Of a stretch of 20,850 nucleotides of DNA, positions 1 to 6,987 are shown piece after piece. The stretch's first letter is position 1. Every line of letters begins with the position of its first letter. A program made the position numbers and the translations under genes. The DNA is from a virus. The stretch lies in IMG/VR virus record IMGVR_UViG_3300024259_000179; one strand, written 5' to 3'. Below the pieces are notes generated by a model. That model saw only the letters and a list, made by a program, of their open reading frames with translations. It ran no database searches and had not been told where the DNA came from.

Positions 1-446
1 ACAATTACGAGAAATGATTAGAGAAGAAATTCAGAAGTTGAATGAAAGTTCATTGGACTATGAACAGGATTTCAAATGGGCTAATGAAAACGAATTAAAA
101 GTAATTTCTAAACTTATTTGGATGAATCCACAAGGTATAGCTGGTGTTATTAAAATGGGAAAGAAAAAACCAGCAGAATTTAAAAAATTAATAAAACAAA
201 TGGCTAAAAAGGGATTGGGTGAATCTATAAACGAAGGTGGAACCGGAAAACTCGGTAAAGACGAAAGTGATGATATTCGTCGGTATCGTATATACCAATA
301 AAAATAAAAAACCAAAAGATATTCTTAAATTGGTATTGAAAGATACATTTTTAACAAAAAATATAAAACAACAAAGAATTAGTACAAAAGAATTATTGAG
401 TTACATTGAAGATGAACTTAAACTGACTAAATTCATGGGGCGTTAA
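1..446 (+). pseudogene. Putative head-internal protein, 5'-partial and split by a 1-nt frameshift at about 278-281 (ORFs 14..301 and 237..446)
   Basis: The frame is open from the window start (QLREMIREEIQKLNE). Frame A ends INEGGTGKLGKDESDDI and frame B continues GIVYTNKNKKPKDILKLVLKD...KELLSYIED...KFM. Joined, these align with the intact 1775..2023 protein (LKEGGMGILDKDQTDVLHAIVMRNKSKNANAILKLVMKD...RELLGYID...KYM). Four nt (CGTC, 278-281) lie where one codon is expected. A sequencing error is also possible. Confidence 0.65.
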
Positions 447-461
447 TTAGGAGAAATTGAA

Positions 462-1748
462 ATGTTAAAATTAAAAAAATTAATAAACGAAAGTGCACCT
501 GGATTCACAAAAAGAAAATTCGGTGATCCACTTCCAACACTATCTGATATAATGAAAAATCAAGCAATACAGGCTACTATAAATTATCAAAGAGGATATC
601 CGTATAAAACCCATCGTACTGGTACAGAATTAGAATCTGTAAATGAAGCAACATATCCAAAAAAAGGACAAGTAGTAGCTATTGGTAAAGATGGTATTAA
701 ATTTAAATTAGTAAATATAACTCATGGTCATGTAGGTATTCCAGATGACCCATCAGGAACAAGTTTTGAATTCCACGCTCTCAACAAAAAATATGGAAAA
801 GAACATTTCACCAAAAAGAATTGGGATTTTGCTATGAAAAAGGGTTGGATCACAGTTGAATCCGTAAATGAAGATAATATTAAATTTTCTAAAGAAGAAA
901 TGTCACAATTACATAAAGATGGTAAAGTAGAAAAAGGTGGTCATACAATAGAGTTTAATGAATCAACTAAAGAATATGGTAAAACATTAGATAAAATCGC
1001 TAAAGATAGACAATTAAAATCTATTTCTAAGAAAGACAGAGATACTTTAATAAAGATAGCAAAATTAATGAAAAGAGCAAATGAATCCGTAAATGAAGGA
1101 AACTTAAAATATGTAATTCAATATAAGAAGGATAAAAATAGATATTTAAGTAATAAATCCAGAGATGTTAAAAAAGTAAAAGACGCATTACAATTTAAAT
1201 CTGAAAAGGACGCAAAAAATCAATTAAATGGATTGGATTGGCAATTCAGAGGAAATTATAAGATTGTTAAGTTAAAAGAATCAGTAGAAGAAACACAATT
1301 ACGAAATATGATCCGAGAAGAACTTACGTATCTTAATGAGGCAACGGAATTTATAGTATTTTATAAAGGAAAACAATTTACAGTAAAGGGTAAAGATTTA
1401 TACAATGCTAAAAAAGACTTCATTTCTAAAAATAAAGTTCCGATGAGTAAATGGGGAACATTAGCAATTATGTCTAAAAAATCATATGATGATCAACAGT
1501 TTAGGTATGAGAATATAAACGAAGCCATCGTAAAGCCATCTAAAGTTCAAAGTGAAGTAAATAAAATTAAAAAGAGATTAATAAAAAAAGCAGAGAGTGG
1601 TAAGTTTTATGAAAATTTTGGACAAAAGGAAGTTGATAAATTAGAAGATAAATATATTGACATATCAAGTTATACAGTCGAGATGAATAAAATTCGCGAC
1701 ATTCTAACTGATTTTAGAAAATGGGCTAGGAATTATTCACCAAATTAA
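462..1748 (+). CDS. Modular Lys-rich putative head-internal (capsid cargo) protein or polyprotein, 428 aa
   Basis: AGGAG at 449-453; leader MLKLKKLINE; repeated ESVNE, FNE, LKE, YLNE and NINE junctions; internal copy of the TQLRxMIREE leader; position upstream of scaffold and capsid genes. Function is inferred. Confidence 0.6.
   Translation: MLKLKKLINESAPGFTKRKFGDPLPTLSDIMKNQAIQATINYQRGYPYKTHRTGTELESVNEATYPKKGQVVAIGKDGIKFKLVNITHGHVGIPDDPSGTSFEFHALNKKYGKEHFTKKNWDFAMKKGWITVESVNEDNIKFSKEEMSQLHKDGKVEKGGHTIEFNESTKEYGKTLDKIAKDRQLKSISKKDRDTLIKIAKLMKRANESVNEGNLKYVIQYKKDKNRYLSNKSRDVKKVKDALQFKSEKDAKNQLNGLDWQFRGNYKIVKLKESVEETQLRNMIREELTYLNEATEFIVFYKGKQFTVKGKDLYNAKKDFISKNKVPMSKWGTLAIMSKKSYDDQQFRYENINEAIVKPSKVQSEVNKIKKRLIKKAESGKFYENFGQKEVDKLEDKYIDISSYTVEMNKIRDILTDFRKWARNYSPN
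513..562 (+). repeat. 50-bp exact direct repeat, copy 1 (copy 2 at 2089-2138)
   Basis: AGAAAATTCGGTGATCCACTTCCAACACTATCTGATATAATGAAAAATCA occurs at 513-562 and 2089-2138. Confidence 0.95.
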
Positions 1749-1774
1749 ACGGTCTAAGACGTGGAAACAAAACT

Positions 1775-2023
1775 ATGAAAATAACTAAAACACAATTAAA
1801 ACAAATGATTCGAGAAGAAATTCAATCACTTAAAGAAGGTGGTATGGGTATATTAGACAAAGATCAAACAGATGTATTACATGCAATAGTAATGAGAAAT
1901 AAATCTAAAAATGCAAATGCTATTCTTAAACTTGTAATGAAAGACCCTATGTTTAAAGATGAAGATAAACGAGAACTATTGGGTTATATTGATGGTGTTA
2001 AACAATTTGCTAAATATATGTAG
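1775..2023 (+). CDS. Small putative head-internal protein, 82 aa
   Basis: Leader MKITKTQLKQMIREEIQSLKE; paralogous to the C-terminal part of the frameshifted 1..446 gene. Confidence 0.6.
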   Translation: MKITKTQLKQMIREEIQSLKEGGMGILDKDQTDVLHAIVMRNKSKNANAILKLVMKDPMFKDEDKRELLGYIDGVKQFAKYM

Positions 2024-2037
2024 ATAGGAGAAGTGAC

Positions 2038-2343
2038 GTGTTAAAACTAAAAAAACTAATAAACGAAAATGTACCAGGATTTACCAGTAGAAAATTCGGT
2101 GATCCACTTCCAACACTATCTGATATAATGAAAAATCATCAGTCTGTAGTAAAAGAAGCTGCACCAAAAATGAGAGAGAAACCAGGTCAGAAGGAATTGA
2201 AATCAATAAAACTACAATTAGAGAGATTAAAGAGTATAGACATATCTGGAAAACACGCGTCTAAACTTAAAAGTGCAATAAGTAGCACACAGAAATCTAT
2301 TAGTAAAATTGAAAATATTATTAGAATGAGTAGTACACTTTAA
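2038..2343 (+). CDS. Small putative head-internal protein, 101 aa; N-terminus paralogous to 462..1748
   Basis: GTG start with AGGAG at 2027-2031; MLKLKKLINENVPGFTSRKFGDPLPTLSDIMKN is nearly identical to the start of 462..1748. Confidence 0.65.
   Translation: MLKLKKLINENVPGFTSRKFGDPLPTLSDIMKNHQSVVKEAAPKMREKPGQKELKSIKLQLERLKSIDISGKHASKLKSAISSTQKSISKIENIIRMSSTL
2089..2138 (+). repeat. 50-bp exact direct repeat, copy 2
   Basis: Identical to 513-562. Confidence 0.95.
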
Positions 2344-2344
2344 A

Positions 2345-2617
2345 ATGATTAGTTTAAAGTCCATGTTAAAAACAGTAAAAGAAGCTAGAATAGCAAAGCC
2401 AAGAAAGGGTCGTGAGACTCCACTGGATTCAAAGGTTCAAATACCTGGATTCGGTGTAATGACCAGAAAACAAATGCAAGGTAGTATTCAAAGATACTTA
2501 AAGGAAGTGACTAATTATATAAAAAAAGGTGACGCAGAAAAAGCTTATAACACATTATATAAACGTGAAGTATTAAAAGGATTTTTAGAAACTGAAATTA
2601 AACACAGTGGAAAATAA
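2345..2617 (+). CDS. Small basic protein, putative head-internal, 90 aa
   Basis: Leader MISLKSMLKTVKE; tightly packed in the operon. Confidence 0.55.
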   Translation: MISLKSMLKTVKEARIAKPRKGRETPLDSKVQIPGFGVMTRKQMQGSIQRYLKEVTNYIKKGDAEKAYNTLYKREVLKGFLETEIKHSGK

Positions 2618-2618
2618 A

Positions 2619-3284
2619 ATGAAAATAACTAAAACACAAATAAAACAAATAATCAGAAATGAAATAAAATCTATATCATTAAAAAAAGAAGCTGAAATTG
2701 GGAGATCATCTATAACTGTATATAAAACACCCAAGGCATTCAGTAAATCAACTAAAAATGCCATGGATATAGATAAAGAAGATGATGACGTGGAAGAATC
2801 AATTGCAGCACAATTTAGAAAAAGAAAATTTCGTGGACTTGGTAGACCAATAAAGGTAGGATTAAATGAAGATACAAGTCCAGAACAATTATTAAAACAA
2901 TTGGGATCTGAATTAAAGAGGCACGATTGGTGGTATATGATGTCTGATGATCATAGATATTATGTAAATGGTACAAGACATATGGATACTATAAGAAAAA
3001 TAATTGGAATGGTAAATAAAGCAGGACAAAGTAAAAGTGGTGAAAAATTATGGAATAAACTCGCACCTAAACCATTCCACGGAAATTATCCAAGTGATTT
3101 AAAAGAGACTATTAATGAAAGAGTGGCAAGTCCATTTTCTGAACATTTAAGAAATGCACAAGATGAAATTGAATATATGATTTCAGAGCACGGAGAGGCA
3201 GAAGGTGAGGGAGTTTATTCAAACCCAGCTATGGCAATAAAATTACTTATGATAGCACAGAAATCATTATCCAAAATTAAATAA
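2619..3284 (+). CDS. Modular putative head-internal protein (start re-assigned to ATG 2619)
   Basis: ATG 2619 gives the family leader MKITKTQIKQIIRNEI; internal GLNE and TINE junctions; contains a HDWWYMMSDDHRYY module of a kind seen in small phage proteins. Confidence 0.6.
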   Translation: MKITKTQIKQIIRNEIKSISLKKEAEIGRSSITVYKTPKAFSKSTKNAMDIDKEDDDVEESIAAQFRKRKFRGLGRPIKVGLNEDTSPEQLLKQLGSELKRHDWWYMMSDDHRYYVNGTRHMDTIRKIIGMVNKAGQSKSGEKLWNKLAPKPFHGNYPSDLKETINERVASPFSEHLRNAQDEIEYMISEHGEAEGEGVYSNPAMAIKLLMIAQKSLSKIK

Positions 3285-3287
3285 TTA

Positions 3288-3297
3288 TATATTTATA
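3288..3297 (+). promoter_or_regulatory. TATATTTATA motif, putative late promoter
   Basis: Intergenic, 22 nt before ATG 3320; the same 10-mer recurs upstream of other structural genes. Confidence 0.5.
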
Positions 3298-3319
3298 ATT
3301 GATATAGGAGAAAATAATC

Positions 3320-3958
3320 ATGAGAAAAAAGAAAAAATTAAACGAAGCAATAGGTGGAATGGTATCCCGTTCAGCATTTGGTGGACTATACAAAAATGTT
3401 CCAACTTCAACTTCATTAAAATCAATAGTAGAAGATATTTACGGACAGGATCAAAAATTTGACGCAAATGGATTTATGAGTGAAGTCTCTAAATTTAACA
3501 CTTATGGTGTCCAAATTCATAGAGAAGGAAATCTTAAAGAATTAGCAGTAAAACTTTCCAGACTTGCAGAAACAGCAAAACAACACACTCTACAAGAAAC
3601 TGATGACTGGTTCGATAAGGTTACTGTATCCAGAAATATGAAAGAACTAACAGGTCTTTCAGGTCAGTTTAAAAAGGTGGCAAGTGAAGCACAATCTCTA
3701 CAAGAAAGAATGAGTGGTCTATATGAAGACATGGGCCACATTCTTGGTAGATATTATGAAATTAATGAAGATTGTGATGGTGACCATGATAACTTAGACG
3801 AAATAGATTCAGTCAAAGAGGGAACGTATCAGGTCTTTTTTAATTCTGCAATGAAAAAATTTGGAGTATCTTCACCAGATGAATTAGATGATGAAGAAAA
3901 AGTGAAATTTTTTAATTACGTGGATAAAAACTATTCTGCAGAAAACGAAACAGATTAA
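3320..3958 (+). CDS. Head-associated or prohead-core-like protein, 212 aa
   Basis: AGGAG RBS; leader MRKKKKLNE; central coiled-coil-like region; C-terminal YQVFFNSAMKKFGVSSPDELDDEEKVKFFNYVDKNY module familiar from T4-like phage head regions. Function is inferred from position. Confidence 0.5.
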   Translation: MRKKKKLNEAIGGMVSRSAFGGLYKNVPTSTSLKSIVEDIYGQDQKFDANGFMSEVSKFNTYGVQIHREGNLKELAVKLSRLAETAKQHTLQETDDWFDKVTVSRNMKELTGLSGQFKKVASEAQSLQERMSGLYEDMGHILGRYYEINEDCDGDHDNLDEIDSVKEGTYQVFFNSAMKKFGVSSPDELDDEEKVKFFNYVDKNYSAENETD

Positions 3959-3978
3959 AACATCATAAGAGGTAATAA

Positions 3979-4245
3979 ATGTTACAAGTAAAAGTAAAGA
4001 ATAACAACGTAGAATACGCACTGCGATTATTAAAACGTAAAGTAAAAGAAAGTGGTCTATTGATAGAATTAAGAGAAAGAGAATACTACAAAAAACCATC
4101 CGCAAAAAGAGCAGCACAGAAAAAATTAGGTAAAGTTCGTAATTGGATGGCCCAACAAAAATTAAATCCAGATTGGTGTGGAGAACCACCCACAAGTGGA
4201 TTAAAAGAAAAAATTAAAAAAGAAAAAATACTTTATAAAAAATAA
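3979..4245 (+). CDS. rpsU: Phage-encoded 30S ribosomal protein bS21 with a C-terminal extension, 88 aa
   Basis: V-K-V-K-N-N-N-V-E-Y-A-L-R-L-L-K-R-K-V-K-E-S-G-L-L-I-E-L-R-E-R-E-Y-Y-K-K-P-S matches the bS21 signature (ALRxFKRKxxxxG...ELRxRExYxKP[ST]); GAGGT RBS. Confidence 0.92.
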   Translation: MLQVKVKNNNVEYALRLLKRKVKESGLLIELREREYYKKPSAKRAAQKKLGKVRNWMAQQKLNPDWCGEPPTSGLKEKIKKEKILYKK

Positions 4246-4279
4246 TGGAATACTAAAATAAAAATAATTAGATAATACC

Positions 4280-4306
4280 AGGGAAGTGTAAAAACTTCCC
4301 TTTTTT
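4280..4306 (+). terminator. Rho-independent terminator after rpsU
   Basis: GGGAAGT-GTAAAA-ACTTCCC stem-loop (4281-4300) followed by T6. Confidence 0.85.
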
Positions 4307-4399
4307 ATTTCAAAATATGGCGTAGATAATGTAGCAAAGACAGATAAAGTTAAGAAATTCCTATCTGAAAGAAAAGTATCTGAAAATACTAAAAGTAAA

Positions 4400-5479
4400 A
4401 TGAGAAATGCTCAATTTAAAAATACATGGAATGGAATAATTAACAATAGATTCAATGATGAGGTGGTTATATTAGACGAGAACGATGCATCTTTTAGGGG
4501 TGTGGATAGTACATATAAATTTAAATGCACAGTCTGTAAGGGTGAATTTGATAGTAATTTGATTTGCAAACAAATCCCGAGATGTTTAAAATGCTATCCA
4601 TTAAAATCTGGTCAATCTAAAGGTGAAAATGAAATAGTCATTTTTTTAAAAAGAGAAATTCCAAACATAAAAGTTATACAGCGGGATAGGATATTATTAT
4701 GTGGGAAGGAAGTAGATATTTATTTACCAGATTATAATATAGCAATAGAATTTAATGGGATTTACTATCACGGTGAAAAATTTGGAAAATATAAAAATTA
4801 CCACTTGGATAAGACGAAATTATGCAATAAAATTGGAGTAGATTTGATCCATATATTTGATATTGAATGGAATGATAAACGGGATATTGTTAAGTCGTTA
4901 TTATTGAATAGGTTGAATAATACAAAACGAGTGATATATGCTCGCAAATGTAAAATAAAACAGCTATCTTCTACAGAATCTAATAATTTTTTAATGAAAA
5001 ATCATTTACAAGGCATAGCAAAATCCTCAGTAAAATATGGGTTATATTATGAAAATGAGTTAGTATCTGTAATGACATTTTCAAAATCAAGATATTCAAA
5101 AAAATATAATTATGAAATTGTTAGAATGGCAAATAAATTAAACACTTCTGTTGTAGGTGGATTTCAAAAACTTTTTAAAGTATTTAATACTGAAATATTA
5201 AAAGATACTGAATCGGTAGTATCATATAGTGATATAAGATTTTTTACTGGATCAATTTACGAAAAATTGAAATTTAGTTTTTTACATAAATCAAGTCCAA
5301 ATTATTTTTACCGAAAGTCTCATAATTTATATTCCAGACTTCAATTTCAAAAACATAAATTAAAATTAAAATTAAAAACTTTTGACGATAAATTAACCGA
5401 ATGGCAAAATATGAAAATAAATGGATATGACCGTATATGGGACTGTGGAAACAATACATTTATTTTCCAACCAAAATGA
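4400..5479 (+). CDS. Free-standing homing-endonuclease-like protein (Hef-like; PD-(D/E)xK core), probably 5'-truncated
   Basis: CxxC pairs (CTVC, CLKC), SKGENEI, EVDIYLPDYNIAIEFNGIYYH catalytic-type motif, IYARKC and C-terminal GYDRIWDCG; the frame is open upstream to 4292 without an ATG. Confidence 0.75.
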   Translation: MRNAQFKNTWNGIINNRFNDEVVILDENDASFRGVDSTYKFKCTVCKGEFDSNLICKQIPRCLKCYPLKSGQSKGENEIVIFLKREIPNIKVIQRDRILLCGKEVDIYLPDYNIAIEFNGIYYHGEKFGKYKNYHLDKTKLCNKIGVDLIHIFDIEWNDKRDIVKSLLLNRLNNTKRVIYARKCKIKQLSSTESNNFLMKNHLQGIAKSSVKYGLYYENELVSVMTFSKSRYSKKYNYEIVRMANKLNTSVVGGFQKLFKVFNTEILKDTESVVSYSDIRFFTGSIYEKLKFSFLHKSSPNYFYRKSHNLYSRLQFQKHKLKLKLKTFDDKLTEWQNMKINGYDRIWDCGNNTFIFQPK

Positions 5480-5497
5480 TTGGTTTTTTAAAAACCT

Positions 5498-5507
5498 TAT
5501 ATTTATA
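5498..5507 (+). promoter_or_regulatory. TATATTTATA motif, putative late promoter of the scaffold-capsid operon
   Basis: Intergenic; a variant TATATTTATT lies at 5635-5644 just before the RBS. Confidence 0.5.
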
Positions 5508-5519
5508 GTTATAACAAAA

Positions 5520-5619
5520 TACATCATTCAATCGAATATGATGTACCTGATAATGTAAACCACATTAAAGTTCCTAATAACTTTATTAAATCCAAAAAAT
5601 ACATAATGTAATTTGATTT
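5520..5619 (+). other. Multi-hairpin leader upstream of the scaffold gene
   Basis: Stems TACATCAT/ATGATGTA (5520-5545), AATGT/ACATT (5552-5566), TAAAGTT/AACTTTA (5566-5585) and an imperfect stem at 5588-5619. Confidence 0.45.
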
Positions 5620-5663
5620 GTCATAACGGCAAATTATATTTATTTTATATAGGAGAAATAATA

Positions 5664-6947
5664 ATGGATGACTTATTAAAAGACGCAATAGCAGACGCTA
5701 AAGCAGTTAGAGAAACAGCACTTGCAAACGCTAAAATCGCTCTTGAAGAAGCTTTCACTCCTCGTATCCAATCAATGCTTTCACAGAAGATTCAATCTGA
5801 AATGGAAGGTGAAGAAGAAGTAGATGGTGAAGAACCTGAAGCAGAAGAAGCACCAGAAATCGCAGTTGAACCTGAAGTGGGTGAACCAGAAGCAGAATTT
5901 GCAGAAGACGACATTGACCCAACTGATGAATTTTCAGAAGAACCAGCAGGTGAAGAACCCGCAGGTGAAGAAGAATTTGAAGTTGAAGAAGATGAAGAAT
6001 TTGGTGAAGAACCTGTAGCAGATGAAGCAGAAGGTGATGTAATTGAAATTAACGGTGTTAAATATGCACCAATAGTTTCTGAGGAAGATGAAGAAGCATT
6101 AGACGAACCTGAATTTGAAGAAGACGGTGAGGAAGATGAACTTGATCTTGAAGCAATTCTTCGTGAATTGGAAGATGATGAAGAAGAACTCGAAGAAGAA
6201 TATCACGAAGGTGAAACCGGTGACGGTCTTGATTCTTCTGAAGTTGAAACAGCTGATGAGGCTGAATTGGCAGAGGACTTACAGGATTCTTCCGGGATTG
6301 GAGCAGGAGATAACAAAGTTGATGACGATTCAAATGACTCATCTGATACAGGGGCACAAGGCCCTGAAGGTGAAGGCAGTGATGCTGAAGCTGGTAAAGA
6401 AGATGATAACCTTGAAGTAGTTGATGACTTAGTTGAAGTCAATGGTGTTAAATACTCACCTATATCTGAAGATGATGAATATGATGAAGAAGACATTGAC
6501 CTTGAAGAAATCTTGAGAGCACTTTCAGAAGGTGATGATGAGGCTGAAGAAGAAGAATCAGCAGTAGCTGAACTTAAATCAGTCAAATCTGATCTTAAAG
6601 AGCATCGCGATGTAGTTAAGTATCTACGTAGTAAATTGAATGAAGTAAATTTACTTAATGCTAAACTTTTGTTTACTAACAAATTATTCCGTTCATACGG
6701 TTTAAATAATAATCAAAAGTTAAAAGTAGTAGAAACTTTCGACAGAGCAAGGAACCTTAGAGAAGTTAAGTTGGTATTTTCAACATTAGCAGAATCTTTC
6801 GGTAACACGCCAAGCAAGACAACAATTAAAGAGAGTAAAGGCTCAGCTTCTAAAGCAGTAGCTTCTACCAAACCTAAATCCAAAAAAGTAATTGGTGAGG
6901 GATTTGATATGAAGAAACGTTTCCAGAAGTTAGCTAATATTCTGTAA
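5664..6947 (+). CDS. Prohead core scaffolding protein (gp22-like), highly acidic; start re-assigned to ATG 5664
   Basis: AGGAG at 5651-5655 precedes ATG 5664; helical N-terminus (MDDLLKDAIADAKAVRETALANAK), very long E/D-rich middle, coiled-coil C-terminus ending FQKLANIL; directly upstream of the major capsid protein. Confidence 0.8.
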   Translation: MDDLLKDAIADAKAVRETALANAKIALEEAFTPRIQSMLSQKIQSEMEGEEEVDGEEPEAEEAPEIAVEPEVGEPEAEFAEDDIDPTDEFSEEPAGEEPAGEEEFEVEEDEEFGEEPVADEAEGDVIEINGVKYAPIVSEEDEEALDEPEFEEDGEEDELDLEAILRELEDDEEELEEEYHEGETGDGLDSSEVETADEAELAEDLQDSSGIGAGDNKVDDDSNDSSDTGAQGPEGEGSDAEAGKEDDNLEVVDDLVEVNGVKYSPISEDDEYDEEDIDLEEILRALSEGDDEAEEEESAVAELKSVKSDLKEHRDVVKYLRSKLNEVNLLNAKLLFTNKLFRSYGLNNNQKLKVVETFDRARNLREVKLVFSTLAESFGNTPSKTTIKESKGSASKAVASTKPKSKKVIGEGFDMKKRFQKLANIL

Positions 6948-6987
6948 CTTATTAATAACGTAAATTATTACGATTAGGAGAAAAAAA

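Noticed and set aside
270-300. Programmed ribosomal frameshift joining ORFs 14..301 and 237..446
   Set aside because: No X-XXY-YYZ slippery heptamer or downstream structure at the shift point.
58-315. Minus-strand ORFs 58..315, 3884..4195, 5274..5459, 9456..9728, 11569..11778 and 14627..14896
   Set aside because: Antisense to well-supported + strand genes; their hydrophobic composition mirrors A-rich sense codons.
1749-1763. Small hairpin GTC-TAA-GAC after the 428-aa gene
   Set aside because: Three to five bp stem with no T-tract; too weak to call.
5613-5663. Upstream TTG start for the scaffold, and similar extended starts at 2607, 8666, 10286 and 11457
   Set aside because: Downstream ATGs have properly spaced SD sites, family leaders or a signal peptide; the extensions read through RBS or upstream genes.
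6203-6682. 159-aa Ser-rich minus-strand ORF and other ORFs overlapping the scaffold (5824..6018, 6058..6357, 6115..6420)
   Set aside because: Shadow frames of GAA/GAT-rich acidic coding sequence; no RBS or motifs.
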